The translations under genes and the position numbers were made by a program. A DNA stretch of 64,000 bases from the IMG/VR virus record IMGVR_UViG_3300028800_000076, positions 1 to 64,000 of that record. The stretch is one strand, 5' to 3'. The stretch comes from a virus. The notes beneath the pieces were generated by a model. It was not told the DNA's origin. It worked only from the letters and a program-made list of their open reading frames with translations, and did no database searches. How positions within the stretch are numbered: the first letter of the stretch is position 1; the number at the start of each line of letters is the position of its first letter. This document shows positions 1 to 9,544 of this stretch, in pieces.

Positions 1-1371
1 TAGCTCCTCAAAGCGGGCCTTCCGGTGATAAAAGGCGGTCTCAGTCTTGCGCTCTGTTCCCTCATACATCTGCGGCCGGTGGATCGAGAAGCCCTGATCC
101 ACCACATTGTCCCAGTGCTTGGCCCCCGAGATGTCTTCCAAGGTTGGCGGCTGGCCCCGGCGTCCACTATCCATTTTAGCGGGATGGGCCAGCACCTGGA
201 CGTGGCAGTCCATGTCCTGGGCAAAGACGTGGAGGGCGCGCAGGCAGCGCAGCACGTACTCATCCTCACGCTCATCCCGCTGCCTCATGGCCTCGATCCT
301 GTTCCAGGGGTCTAGCTGGATGATCCTGGCACCATGACGCACCACGGCAGTCTCAGCGCACTCCAGGAACCAGTCCAGCGTGGGTCTCTGATCATTGTGG
401 ACCAGAAACATATAGTGCTCCTCGATCCACCGATCAGCGATATTCTTTTCCTCCTCGGTCATGTCGTATTCGAGCTTACCCGATATGAGGGAGCGGATTT
501 GACGCCGCAGGTGAGGTCTCGGCCGGGTCTCGAAGGAGGCGGTGCAGCAAACCAGATTGTAGCGCCAGCACAGGTCCTGCCAGATTTGGCCCCACACAGC
601 CGTTTTCCCGTGCCCTGGATGGCCTGTAACGACCGAGAGGGTCCGGGGTGCCAGATGCACCTTTCCCTCAAATCCTGGGATGCTGGGCGTCCAGATGGTC
701 AGGGGCGGTGGTTCGGGTAGCTCTGAGAGCTTGTACAGGCCCTCCTGGGGCCACAAGGTGCCGCCCTGGGTCAAAAGCTCGTGGAGCGCCTCAGGGCCAG
801 CCTTAAGCAGCATGGCATTGGCATCGTTGCAGCCCTCGGTCCAGGTCAGGAACATGAAGCGAGCAGCCCCCAGCAGGCGCACCATGTCAGCCCGGAGCGC
901 CAGTCCAGGCTCATCCATATCCCCACACCAGACAAAGCGCTTGGTCTTCGCGAGCCCTGCCTTCAGGGCATCCAGAACGTATCCATAACCACGCTGGGCG
1001 TGAGGGTCTTCAGCGGCCTTCATCTTGGCCCCGGTAGGAACCGAGATAACCTGCGCGGCCGATATCCCGGCCTCGACCAGAGCCGCTGCGTCTAGCTCGC
1101 CCTCGGTAATGTAGACCGTGCTGGGAGCAGCCTGAAGAACAGCTTCGAGATTCCAGAACGACGGCTCGAAGTTGCCACCTGCCACAAAGGCCTTCTCGGG
1201 AAAGGCCCTGGCCTTCCAGCCCTTGGCGTAACGAAAAAAGATGGCCTTGGATTTAGCGCTAAGACCTGGAAAGAATACCGACCCGGAGCCTACGGGCAGA
1301 AGCTCCAAAGTCTGACGGCTGAGACCGCGAGCTTGAGCCCATGCTGCTGCTTCGTCGCTGATCCCCGTCAA
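1..1371 (-). CDS. Toprim primase + SF4 helicase (T7 gp4/Twinkle-like), 3'-truncated by window edge
   Basis: Manual translation (absent from ORF track): YITEGELDA, WCGDMD, GCNDAN (Toprim); VVTGHPGHGKT (Walker A); QLDPWN, LAHP, DISGAKHW (SF4). TTG start 5 nt after GGAGG. Confidence 0.9.
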   Translation of the reverse strand, partial: MTGISDEAAAWAQARGLSRQTLELLPVGSGSVFFPGLSAKSKAIFFRYAKGWKARAFPEKAFVAGGNFEPSFWNLEAVLQAAPSTVYITEGELDAAALVEAGISAAQVISVPTGAKMKAAEDPHAQRGYGYVLDALKAGLAKTKRFVWCGDMDEPGLALRADMVRLLGAARFMFLTWTEGCNDANAMLLKAGPEALHELLTQGGTLWPQEGLYKLSELPEPPPLTIWTPSIPGFEGKVHLAPRTLSVVTGHPGHGKTAVWGQIWQDLCWRYNLVCCTASFETRPRPHLRRQIRSLISGKLEYDMTEEEKNIADRWIEEHYMFLVHNDQRPTLDWFLECAETAVVRHGARIIQLDPWNRIEAMRQRDEREDEYVLRCLRALHVFAQDMDCHVQVLAHPAKMDSGRRGQPPTLEDISGAKHWDNVVDQGFSIHRPQMYEGTERKTETAFYHRKARFEEL

Positions 1372-1552
1372 GAACTCCTCCACTAAACCCACAATGCCAA
1401 CACGAATACAGGAAACCGCGATCATCTCGCGTTACGCTCAAACACCTATCGTGCTTTTTCTTACGGTTGTGACTGCATTCAGGACAGAGCACGCGCTGTG
1501 TGCCAGCCCGGCCTTCATCTATTTTGATGCCAAGCTCAGTCAGCGTCTTCAT
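1259..1552 (-). CDS. Stand-alone primase zinc-binding domain
   Basis: CPEC...CLSV...CWHCGFSG, as at the N-terminus of Twinkle-like primases. Confidence 0.8.
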   Translation of the reverse strand: MKTLTELGIKIDEGRAGTQRVLCPECSHNRKKKHDRCLSVTRDDRGFLYSCWHCGFSGGVLDGDQRRSSSMGSSSRSQPSDFGASARRLRVGILSRS

Positions 1553-1905
1553 GCGCCAACGTCAATACCATCACGATTGTAAAGTGTGCCGCAAATCCAC
1601 CACGCAGGGCTCCCATCGGTCAATGATGTTTTTCTCACTGGCCATCCACGTAGTCTCGCATCCAAGGCAATCTCAGGTTCTTCAGCGCGCATAGAAAAGG
1701 GCGCGGCGACCTCATCTCTGAGATTCTTAAGCACCGCGCCCAGATAGGTAGATGGATTTTTTGACTTGAGTATTTGCTTGAGCAGTTCCGTGGCCTTGTT
1801 GAAGTCGTTGCAGGCCTTGGCCAATTGCCCCATGCGGGCTGGATTGATCCCTCGCGTGAGCGCATCGCCCTTCATCGCCCAGAAGGCGGATTCGTAGCTT
1901 GGCAT
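1549..1905 (-). CDS. hypothetical protein
   Basis: ORF coupled to the downstream gene; likely start MPSYE. Confidence 0.55.
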   Translation of the reverse strand: MPSYESAFWAMKGDALTRGINPARMGQLAKACNDFNKATELLKQILKSKNPSTYLGAVLKNLRDEVAAPFSMRAEEPEIALDARLRGWPVRKTSLTDGSPAWWICGTLYNRDGIDVGA

Positions 1906-2064
1906 GTTGGTGATCCCCTCGACCGACGTGATGGCAAACACTGCGCCGAGTCGTGGCGCTCGTAAAGCCGCTAGCCCTTGCGTGGATCAGACCAGTCTGG
2001 ATGCCAGTTGTTGTGGATGTCCATCAGCCAAAACCAATCGCATGACTTGTTTCAAGCGTAGAAA

Positions 2065-2655
2065 TTAGTTATTGTCTGCCCCCACAAGGGCTGATTTGAA
2101 TTTTTCAGTTTGATTACCCCATGCAATCCATCCGGGATGCTGTTGTCTAGCAAATAATTCAAGATATGGCCCATCGACTAATCTTTCTATTCTTTCGTAA
2201 ATTATTTCTGGCTTACGACTGTGCTCGCGCCTTGGCTCGATGATGGCTTGCCTCACGTCAGCGTTGATCCTTTTTGGATTGCCTCTTGTGGCCAGCAAAC
2301 ACACCTCACTGTTGGCCCGTGTCCAGTATCCAAGGCCAACTTGTACGTCCACATCGTCTCGGAACATTTCGACTTGCTTGGCATCGGCCTTGATCCATGA
2401 GAAGGCGCAGGTTTTGTAGGTGAAACCCCAATGCTCGATAAGCTCGATAGCCTCGATCAGTTGTGGCCAGCATATCCATAAAAAGAGCACGCAGTCGTCA
2501 GCAGCCAAGTCTTGAACCGGAAGCGCTTTGATCGCCTCCCGGTCCATTAAGTCATATGGAGCCTTGCGATCCTGGTTCTCTGGAGACCACGAAACGAAAG
2601 TCCATGGTGGATCAGCCAGGATCGCGCCGAACTTGCCCTTCGGCCATTCTATCAA
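2065..2655 (-). CDS. MT-A70 family N6-adenine methyltransferase
   Basis: ILADPPW, LFLW, WGF.YKT, HSRKP, YLELFAR, WGNQ. Confidence 0.93.
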   Translation of the reverse strand: MIEWPKGKFGAILADPPWTFVSWSPENQDRKAPYDLMDREAIKALPVQDLAADDCVLFLWICWPQLIEAIELIEHWGFTYKTCAFSWIKADAKQVEMFRDDVDVQVGLGYWTRANSEVCLLATRGNPKRINADVRQAIIEPRREHSRKPEIIYERIERLVDGPYLELFARQQHPGWIAWGNQTEKFKSALVGADNN

Positions 2656-2847
2656 CTATATCTCCTCCACATTCTGTGCTTCGGCATCCAGCGTTGCTTC
2701 GTGCTCCTCAAGGAGGGCAGCATAGATAATGGCATGGATATCGTGCCACGCTTGAAAATTCAGAGGCGGCTTGACCCCTTCTCGATCCATAATCTTGGCG
2801 ATATCGCGTCCGATAGAATGAACGCGAATTGTGCGCTCGACAATCAT
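2656..2847 (-). CDS. hypothetical protein
   Basis: Tightly packed ORF in the operon. Confidence 0.5.
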   Translation of the reverse strand: MIVERTIRVHSIGRDIAKIMDREGVKPPLNFQAWHDIHAIIYAALLEEHEATLDAEAQNVEEI

Positions 2848-3251
2848 TTCACACCTTCCTTCCCCGCCTCGATCTTCTTGATGCGCTTCTTGATGGCCCG
2901 GTCGAAGGCGGCCACGACTTGGCTGCGTTTTCGCGTGCTGGTATCATTCCATGTCGGAATTTTATCCAAGGATTCTCCAGGCTCAAAAATCCCATCAGAT
3001 GTTTTGACGCGGATGACAGAGGCTAACTCTTCTGCGGCCGTGAATGGCGCTCCAAACGAATCCACCGAATTCGTGCCGTCCAACAAATGAGCATTCCCAT
3101 CGAAGGCTTGGCCGATGGCTCCAAGCGCACAGACTTTGCCGTCATATTCGAAGTGACCTCTGATCCACCGATCCTCCACAATCTTCTTGGCCTTCACCAA
3201 GAGACAGAGAGCCTCGTCGTCTTTCTTCGGTTCAGTCTTTCGCTTTGCCAT
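2844..3251 (-). CDS. DUF6197-like phage protein
   Basis: W.RG...CALGAI...WND...VVAAFDRAI; SD before MAKRK. Confidence 0.6.
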   Translation of the reverse strand: MAKRKTEPKKDDEALCLLVKAKKIVEDRWIRGHFEYDGKVCALGAIGQAFDGNAHLLDGTNSVDSFGAPFTAAEELASVIRVKTSDGIFEPGESLDKIPTWNDTSTRKRSQVVAAFDRAIKKRIKKIEAGKEGVK

Positions 3252-3621
3252 TTTGCTCCTCCAACAGGTCGTTGATCGTCTCGCGTGACTCACGCAGCAT
3301 CTCGCGTAGCTCTTCGTTCTCGCTCTCGCGGAACAGAAACAGTCGCAGTACGATGCCGATAAAGAGATGGGACAGGCCAACGATTGCGAAATAACTAACA
3401 ATGCTGTTCAGCCCCGAATACGAAACCCAAAATCCCTTATTAAGGGGAAGTCCGGTCCAGAATGCCATGCAGTACGGACAGTTGATCAGTTCGCCCAGCA
3501 TGTACGGCGCATCGATAAACTGATGCCGCAGTGGCCGCGTGATCTGACTGGCGGTCAGCACCAGGGCCAAGGTCCCTGATGCTATCGCCATGAGGCAGAG
3601 GGTGATGACTTGATCGGTCAT
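3232..3621 (-). CDS. DUF1360-like membrane protein
   Basis: Hydrophobic segments flanking ELINCPYCMAFW. Confidence 0.65.
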   Translation of the reverse strand: MTDQVITLCLMAIASGTLALVLTASQITRPLRHQFIDAPYMLGELINCPYCMAFWTGLPLNKGFWVSYSGLNSIVSYFAIVGLSHLFIGIVLRLFLFRESENEELREMLRESRETINDLLEEQNGKAKD

Positions 3622-3812
3622 TGGAGTTTGAGGTTCTTTATGAAGGCTTCCAGGTCTTTTGCTTTGATTGGATGCAAAAGCACAAGATCGCCCTCCTTGA
3701 CGTTGCCAACAACATTGGGCCCGACTGTTCCAGAATAGGAGACATGGCCGTTACGCACGACAATGATGTAGTCTTCCTTGACTGCCTCGCAGCCCTGTAC
3801 GCCAATGGCCAT
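3618..3812 (-). CDS. hypothetical protein
   Basis: GGAGG SD, coupled ORF. Confidence 0.5.
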   Translation of the reverse strand: MAIGVQGCEAVKEDYIIVVRNGHVSYSGTVGPNVVGNVKEGDLVLLHPIKAKDLEAFIKNLKLQ

Positions 3813-3813
3813 A

Positions 3814-4005
3814 TTAATCCTCCACCCACACCCGAACGCCGCAACATTCGTGGTAGTGCCCGCGCTTCTTCTTCGTGGCCTCGTCCAGCTTGGCGAGCAC
3901 GTCTTTGGCTTTGCTGGCCGCGTCCTTGAGCTTCGGATCGTCCGTGATCTTGGACTGATCCTTCTGCTCGGAATCTGGTGCTCCACCTTGCTTCTGCTTC
4001 AACAT
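3814..4005 (-). CDS. small charged protein (63 aa) with His/Cys tail
   Basis: ACGGGAGA SD; low-complexity N-terminus, HYHECC near C-terminus. Confidence 0.55.
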   Translation of the reverse strand: MLKQKQGGAPDSEQKDQSKITDDPKLKDAASKAKDVLAKLDEATKKKRGHYHECCGVRVWVED

Positions 4006-4045
4006 GATTGTTCTCCCGTCTAGACTGCTCACATAGGATTATGGA

Positions 4046-4522
4046 TCACTTGCGGTAGGGGATATCCCAGTCGCCCTTTCCGGTTTCCATGTAATGGCGC
4101 AGCACCTGTGCCGCCTCCTTTGTCGTTGCATTCCACCCAGGATGATTATTGGACGGACCACTAAATCTCTGCGCATCCGATCCCGGATAAAATACCTTGG
4201 ATAGTTCCTCCGGAACATCATTCTGTGAGACCCACGGCGGATCGCGCCCTAGAATGGCTTGATAAATAGTGTTGCTCAAACCTGTATTGCCATACAGGTT
4301 GCCCTTTCCCATGACAGCGGTAGCTGTTCCTCCGATACAGCACGCTGTTCCGCAGCGCCCACTCCATTTCTGCATATTGAACTCTGATATGTATTCGTTC
4401 TCATGATCCAGCGCTCCACTTTCGAGAAGCGCCAGTGTTTTCATGAGGCCGCAATACTGATCCTCATTGAGGTCCAGAGTCTTGGCATCGAGGAAGTTGC
4501 CGGTAAGCTCAAGATCGCTCAT
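4046..4522 (-). CDS. hypothetical phage protein (CGTACCIGG motif)
   Basis: FNM..W...CGT.CCIGG motif; coupled to the ATPase gene. Confidence 0.6.
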   Translation of the reverse strand: MSDLELTGNFLDAKTLDLNEDQYCGLMKTLALLESGALDHENEYISEFNMQKWSGRCGTACCIGGTATAVMGKGNLYGNTGLSNTIYQAILGRDPPWVSQNDVPEELSKVFYPGSDAQRFSGPSNNHPGWNATTKEAAQVLRHYMETGKGDWDIPYRK

Positions 4523-5802
4523 TGCATCGCTCCAGTTTTAATGCTGGCTTCCTGCCGCCGCACCTGCTCGATGGCGCTCAGAAGATCATCCTGACTGATC
4601 GCGCCGTCCTTCTTGCGCTGTGCAATGGAGCGGCGGATGGCGAGCGTGGACGCCTTGTCCACAATGCCCTCGATCATCGCGCCCGAGTGCGGCAGGTGCT
4701 TGTTGTGGACCGAGTAGAGGACTTCCGCCGCCTGCTCAGCCAGCACACGCTTGGAATGCACCGACTGCGTGGGAAGGCTCGACAGGTAAATCTGGAAGAT
4801 GTTGGCGGCCTCCTCCATGTTTGGGCGGCTGACCTCGATCTTGTGGTCCACGCGGCCGTCGCGCAGGATCGCCGGGTCCAGAATGTCAGCCCGGTTGGAT
4901 GCCAGCACCACAATGGCGCAGGACTCCTCCAGGCCGTCCATCTCGGTGAGGAAGGTCGGCACGACGGTCTGACCCATGTAGTTGCCGTGCATGCCGCGCT
5001 TGGCCAGCAGGCTCTCAGCCTCGTCCACGAAGATCACCGCCTCCCGATTATGGGTGGCCTTGTACTCGCGGGCCTGCCGGAAGATGGCGCGGATGGTCTG
5101 CTCGGTGACGCCCACATACGGGTCCAGAACTTCCGGGCCCTTGATGGTGAGGAAGCCGCCCTTGTCCGCGCCCACAGACGTGGCCACAGCCCGCGCCAGT
5201 AATGTTTTGCCGCATCCAGGTGGGCCCAGCAGCAGAATGCCCTTGCCGCCCTTTTTGCCGAAGCGCTTGAACAGTTCGGCATGTTCACGCGGAAGCTCCA
5301 CAGCCTCACGCAGCAGCCGCTTGGCCTCCTCCTGGCCGCCGATCTGATCCCACGTCACCGTGGCCACAGTCGGCGCAAAGGCAGGCTTGGGAGCCTTCTC
5401 GATCAGCGCCAGCGCAATGGACTGGGTGTGGTCCACCAGCACCCGGTCGCCCTTGGCCACGCCCTGGACCGTGTTGGCGACAAAGCGGGAGCCGCCCTCG
5501 CCACCGATTTCCAGGCCATGCTCGGAAACACGCGAGACAACGGCAGGAAGCCCAATCGGCAGCTTGGATGCACCACAGATGATCTGCCCGGTCATGGGGT
5601 GAACCAGCACCGCATCGCCCGGCTTGTGCTTCTTGGTGTCAGCGACCGAGACAGTCTTGCCGTCCATATTGAGGAACAGCTTGTTCGGTGCTTCCTTGGC
5701 GATAACGATCCCGTAGCTCAGGCTGGCGGAGCCAATGCGCTCCATTTCAGCCATGGCCTCAGCCAGCGCCTCTTTGCAATCCGTCAGTGCATCCTTAGCC
5801 AT
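4519..5802 (-). CDS. AAA+ ATPase, ARC/Mpa/PAN (proteasome ATPase)-like
   Basis: N-terminal coiled coil, two GDxVLV OB-like repeats, WDQIGG, GPPGCGKT, VIFVDEAE, ASNR.D.LDPAILRDGR, SGAMIEGIVDKA. Confidence 0.85.
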   Translation of the reverse strand: MAKDALTDCKEALAEAMAEMERIGSASLSYGIVIAKEAPNKLFLNMDGKTVSVADTKKHKPGDAVLVHPMTGQIICGASKLPIGLPAVVSRVSEHGLEIGGEGGSRFVANTVQGVAKGDRVLVDHTQSIALALIEKAPKPAFAPTVATVTWDQIGGQEEAKRLLREAVELPREHAELFKRFGKKGGKGILLLGPPGCGKTLLARAVATSVGADKGGFLTIKGPEVLDPYVGVTEQTIRAIFRQAREYKATHNREAVIFVDEAESLLAKRGMHGNYMGQTVVPTFLTEMDGLEESCAIVVLASNRADILDPAILRDGRVDHKIEVSRPNMEEAANIFQIYLSSLPTQSVHSKRVLAEQAAEVLYSVHNKHLPHSGAMIEGIVDKASTLAIRRSIAQRKKDGAISQDDLLSAIEQVRRQEASIKTGAMQ

Positions 5803-5804
5803 AG

Positions 5805-6053
5805 TCAGTTCTCCCGTTCCAGATAGGTTCCGGTGACGCCGAATTTACGGCCCCACCCAAGCTCTTCGTCTTCCTCGACGCCGGTCTCCCGGTCAAAGGT
5901 CCACATTTCATTCAAGGGCCAGTCCTCGGTCCCGGGAGCAGAGCAAATCATTCGCTCTTCACCAACGTCCTGGACTGTCATCTTCATGGAAGGGCCATCC
6001 TTGCCCATACGGCGGATAACCGTATCGCCTTTTTTCAAATCCATGAATGACAT
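5805..6053 (-). CDS. hypothetical protein
   Basis: ACGGGAGA SD, compact ORF. Confidence 0.6.
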   Translation of the reverse strand: MSFMDLKKGDTVIRRMGKDGPSMKMTVQDVGEERMICSAPGTEDWPLNEMWTFDRETGVEEDEELGWGRKFGVTGTYLEREN

Positions 6054-6245
6054 GAGACCTCTCCCGTGGCCCGATATGGGTTAGTTGTGGCTACCTGTCA
6101 AGCGGCATATAGCATGCCGTGTGCTGCGGCTGCGATGGCTTGAGCGGCAGCGTGAACAGGCCTACGCTCAAGATGAAGAGCATGCAGCCAGAGGCGATGA
6201 TGTTAGTCATGATCATTCTCCCGTTTGATCATCCATAAAGATTAT

Positions 6246-6315
6246 GGGCGGCGCTGGAGGGAGGGGAAGTCCCTCCAGCTTCTAGTCTCGCTACCGCCCT
6301 AGCGAGCGGGAGCCC
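6246..6315 (-). other. double hairpin 3' of the AAA gene (processing or terminator-like)
   Basis: GCTGGAGGGA/TCCCTCCAGC (6253-6279) and CTCGCTA/TAGCGAG (6287-6306), closed by GGGC/GCCC; no U-tract. Confidence 0.5.
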
Positions 6316-7809
6316 TTACGACACAATGTCGTGGATTTCATCCACGCGGGTCTTGATGGCCTCAATCCTCTCCCCCGATCCATTCTGGATGACGCCCTTG
6401 AGAGAGCGCGCCAGAGTCTGCTCGATGGTCTCCTCGGCCGACTTGCGATTGAGGAGCGCCAGATGGTTCTTCATGGTCTTGGCCGCGATGACCAAATCAA
6501 GCTGATTGAGCTTGTCCGCACCACGTCCGATCATGCCCAGCTTGGCACGCTCGACACATTCCCGGATGGAAGCCGGAATCTGGCCATCCAGTTCAATGCC
6601 GACCTCTTTCAGGTTCTCGCCTGTGGCCAGCAAGTCCCCGGCATAGTGCCGAAGAAGCCGCTGTGCCGTCTCGGCATTCGGAGCCCGCAGCGTGATCACC
6701 GCATCGAGTCGGCCCGGACGCAGGATCACAGGATTGAGCTTCTCCACAAAGTTCGTGGTCAGCACAGTCATGATTTCCGAACGCTTCGACACCACGCCGT
6801 CGATGGTGTTGATCAGGTCATTGGCCTCCTCGTCGCGCTTCTCAGCCACGCGGTCGATGTCCTCCGCGAACACCACGGCCGGTGCATAGCGATTGGCGAA
6901 TTCCAGCGCCGCCCGCAGGCCCTGCACCTTGTCCAGCAGGACAAAGGTCCATCCATTAAGCTCGCAGACACGCGCTGTGAGCTTGGCGGTCAGTGACTTG
7001 CCGGTGCCGTACTGGCCCTCCAGCAACACGCCGCGCTTGAGCGGAATGCGATGCTGGCGACAGGCGGCCGTGTTCTTGATCGGCACCAGGATATTGGTAT
7101 CGATCTGATGGAAGATATCCGGATCGAGAAGCACGTCCTCCTCGGAGATATCCGACACGTCCATGAATGTGGGCGGGCTGTCCATATCCAGATTGCCGTC
7201 CTCGTCCACGGACATGCGGATCGGCTTGCCCCGGTAGATCGACTCGGTGCGCAGATACTCGCGGGCCAGCGTGGCAAGCTCCAGAACGATGTGCTTGTCG
7301 CGCTTCTTGATGTCGCCATGGATCAGGAACTGCATGCCCTTGTCCGTGGCGTGGAAGCGGGTGTGGATATTCTCGTCCAGGCCCGGCAGCTTGAACTCGC
7401 CCATGGGACACTGCACCACATCGGTATCGCGATGGCCGGTCTTGATGCTCATCATGCGTGGCGGCTTCGGCCCAAAGAATGTGGGCGTCGTTTGCGGCGA
7501 GACCCAGCCATAGAGCTTGGTCATGGCCTTGACCACCGCCACGCAGGCATCATGAGGATGGGCGTCGAAGAACTCGGCCACTGTGAAGATTTGAAGCTCG
7601 TCCTTGGCCTTCTGCACCAGCGCATCGATTGCGCGCTCCAGGGGCATATTGGCGGGCTCTGCGGGCAGGGTAATAGCCCGGCCAGCATACTGGATCGGAA
7701 CGTCCAGCTTGTCCCATACGGACTCCTTCTTCGGAGCCGCAGCGGAAATGGCTGCTTTCGCCTCGGAAACAGCAGCTTTCAGGATAGGTGCATTCGCAGC
7801 CGATGCCAT
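6316..7809 (-). CDS. classical AAA ATPase
   Basis: KRGVLLEGQYGTGKS, FAEDID, LTTN, ILRPGRLD. Confidence 0.9.
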   Translation of the reverse strand: MASAANAPILKAAVSEAKAAISAAAPKKESVWDKLDVPIQYAGRAITLPAEPANMPLERAIDALVQKAKDELQIFTVAEFFDAHPHDACVAVVKAMTKLYGWVSPQTTPTFFGPKPPRMMSIKTGHRDTDVVQCPMGEFKLPGLDENIHTRFHATDKGMQFLIHGDIKKRDKHIVLELATLAREYLRTESIYRGKPIRMSVDEDGNLDMDSPPTFMDVSDISEEDVLLDPDIFHQIDTNILVPIKNTAACRQHRIPLKRGVLLEGQYGTGKSLTAKLTARVCELNGWTFVLLDKVQGLRAALEFANRYAPAVVFAEDIDRVAEKRDEEANDLINTIDGVVSKRSEIMTVLTTNFVEKLNPVILRPGRLDAVITLRAPNAETAQRLLRHYAGDLLATGENLKEVGIELDGQIPASIRECVERAKLGMIGRGADKLNQLDLVIAAKTMKNHLALLNRKSAEETIEQTLARSLKGVIQNGSGERIEAIKTRVDEIHDIVS

Positions 7810-7848
7810 GGTTTTCTCCCGTTTGGCAGTTCAGAACTCGATAAAAGA

Positions 7849-7919
7849 TGGTGGACCGTGCCAGTCGGCTACTCTGGCCTCTCCGCTATGCGGACCTGAC
7901 AAAGCCTCTCGGACGGCCC
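7849..7919 (-). ncRNA. 71-nt tRNA-like element (acceptor stem + ACCA, no anticodon loop)
   Basis: GGGCCGT...ACGGTCC-A-CCA; internal stems TCCGC/GCGGA and GCCAG/CTGGC. Confidence 0.5.
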
Positions 7920-7925
7920 AATGGG

Positions 7926-8414
7926 TTACGCAGGCTTGCTGTTCGCAGCCCTCGCATCCATAAAGGACTTGAGCGGATCGCCAGCCTCCGCCGCAACCTC
8001 GCGGCCAGCCTTGGCGAGATTGTCATGGACTTGGCTGTCCATCTTGATGCCGGTCAGCTTCTCCATCGCGGTCATCGCATCCACAATGGTGGTCGGCAGA
8101 TAATTGACCAGCACGCCCTGCTTGGACGGATCGCTGGGGTCCTTGCCATAGCTGATGGCGCTCGCAACCAGCAGCGCAGCCAGCAACAGATGATCATCGG
8201 TGGTCTGATCATCTTTTTTGGTGAGGAAGTCGGCCAGGACACTGAGCGAGCCAGCGACTGCGGTGATGCCCAGCACCAGCGCCTTGGGACCAGCACCCTT
8301 ATCGCCCACACAGGTGGCCATACCCATCATGGCCAGCAACTCGCCACCATGCATGACCTTCTCCAGACGCTGCGAGAAGCCATGATCATCAGCCATATTG
8401 ATCGACTTATCCAT
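7926..8414 (-). CDS. hypothetical protein
   Basis: ACGGGAGA SD; ORF track. Confidence 0.6.
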   Translation of the reverse strand: MDKSINMADDHGFSQRLEKVMHGGELLAMMGMATCVGDKGAGPKALVLGITAVAGSLSVLADFLTKKDDQTTDDHLLLAALLVASAISYGKDPSDPSKQGVLVNYLPTTIVDAMTAMEKLTGIKMDSQVHDNLAKAGREVAAEAGDPLKSFMDARAANSKPA

Positions 8415-8588
8415 ATTCCATTCTCCCGTTAGTGAACTGTTCAGAGAGGGCGCATCACCGCTCAACTGGCCACATGATGTACCAACGGCGCGTCACTGGG
8501 TGCCAGAGAGCAAAGCAGCCGACCGGAATTTCATGCAGCCTCGGACCATCATCACGGTCAAAAACGACACCCCAACGTCGATCATGCT

Positions 8589-8876
8589 TCACGGCGGTGA
8601 CCTCACCGTCCCTGCGGGCTTCCTCATCAATTCTGCGGCGTCGTGGATGATCCGCATTGCTTCGGCGTCGTGAAGCCCGATCAGTTCTCGAACCTCTGTG
8701 CATCCGGCCAAGTCTTTCAGCGCCTCGCGCACCGGCTGGTGCTCGTCACCATTTTCGCCGCAAATCATTGCGTTGAAGTCCATGCGCGTCCGCAAAACGC
8801 GAGCCGTGGTTATAATCGCGTCAATAAGCCCAATCGTGATGCCGATTTCCGAATTGCATTCGATTTTCTTTGCCAT
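8589..8876 (-). CDS. hypothetical protein
   Basis: GAGGT SD before MAKKIE. Confidence 0.5.
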   Translation of the reverse strand: MAKKIECNSEIGITIGLIDAIITTARVLRTRMDFNAMICGENGDEHQPVREALKDLAGCTEVRELIGLHDAEAMRIIHDAAELMRKPAGTVRSPP

Positions 8877-8945
8877 TGTTCGGTCACCTCTCCTGTCAGA
8901 GCAAAAAGGATGGGGCATTCTCGCCCCATTAAGTTTGCCATACGC

Positions 8946-9506
8946 TCAATGCAGATGCGTGGTGACGGCCTTGATGACATCAGACAGATCGACTTTTTCG
9001 GTCGGGTCCACAGAGTCCAGCGGACCCATGCCGCCCGTCACGCGCACATCGCCCTTCTCCTGCATGGCCTGCATACCACGCAGCACGTTGGCCACGGTCG
9101 CAGGTGACACATCGCAGGCCTCGAAAGCGAGCATGCCTTCATGAGACTTGTCCGGAGCCGGGCGCAGCCAGATCAGATTGGAGCGCACCCACTCCAGACT
9201 CACGGTCGGGGTCTCGGCACCCTGACCGACGCCCACATCATGGCCCTCCAAGGCATCGTGAACGCCAACGATATAGGCATCACCATGGACCGGAACGGGC
9301 AGGCCGTTGATCATGAAGAAACTGCCCAGGCCCTTGACCACCTTGTCAGCGACAAAGAGCACGTCCGGAGTCGGACCCTCATTCAGGGCCGATCCAGCCA
9401 GATTGCGCACGTCGATATTGAGCATGGTGGCCAGATTGGCCGGTGAGCCCAGCAGGGACACCACATTGATGGTCTTGGCGACAGGATCGATATGGTAAGC
9501 TTGCAT
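8946..9506 (-). CDS. hypothetical protein
   Basis: ACGGGAGA SD, downstream of a predicted promoter. Confidence 0.65.
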   Translation of the reverse strand: MQAYHIDPVAKTINVVSLLGSPANLATMLNIDVRNLAGSALNEGPTPDVLFVADKVVKGLGSFFMINGLPVPVHGDAYIVGVHDALEGHDVGVGQGAETPTVSLEWVRSNLIWLRPAPDKSHEGMLAFEACDVSPATVANVLRGMQAMQEKGDVRVTGGMGPLDSVDPTEKVDLSDVIKAVTTHLH

Positions 9507-9544
9507 GATGTTTCTCCCGTTTCATGCAGTGCAGTTGCGTGGTC

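Noticed and set aside
3814-4005. True Pup/pupylation system
   Set aside because: No C-terminal GGE/Q and no PafA, Dop or 20S genes in the window.
7849-7919. Canonical tRNA or full tmRNA
   Set aside because: No 7-nt anticodon loop, no TTC T-loop and no tag ORF; kept only as a tRNA-like element.
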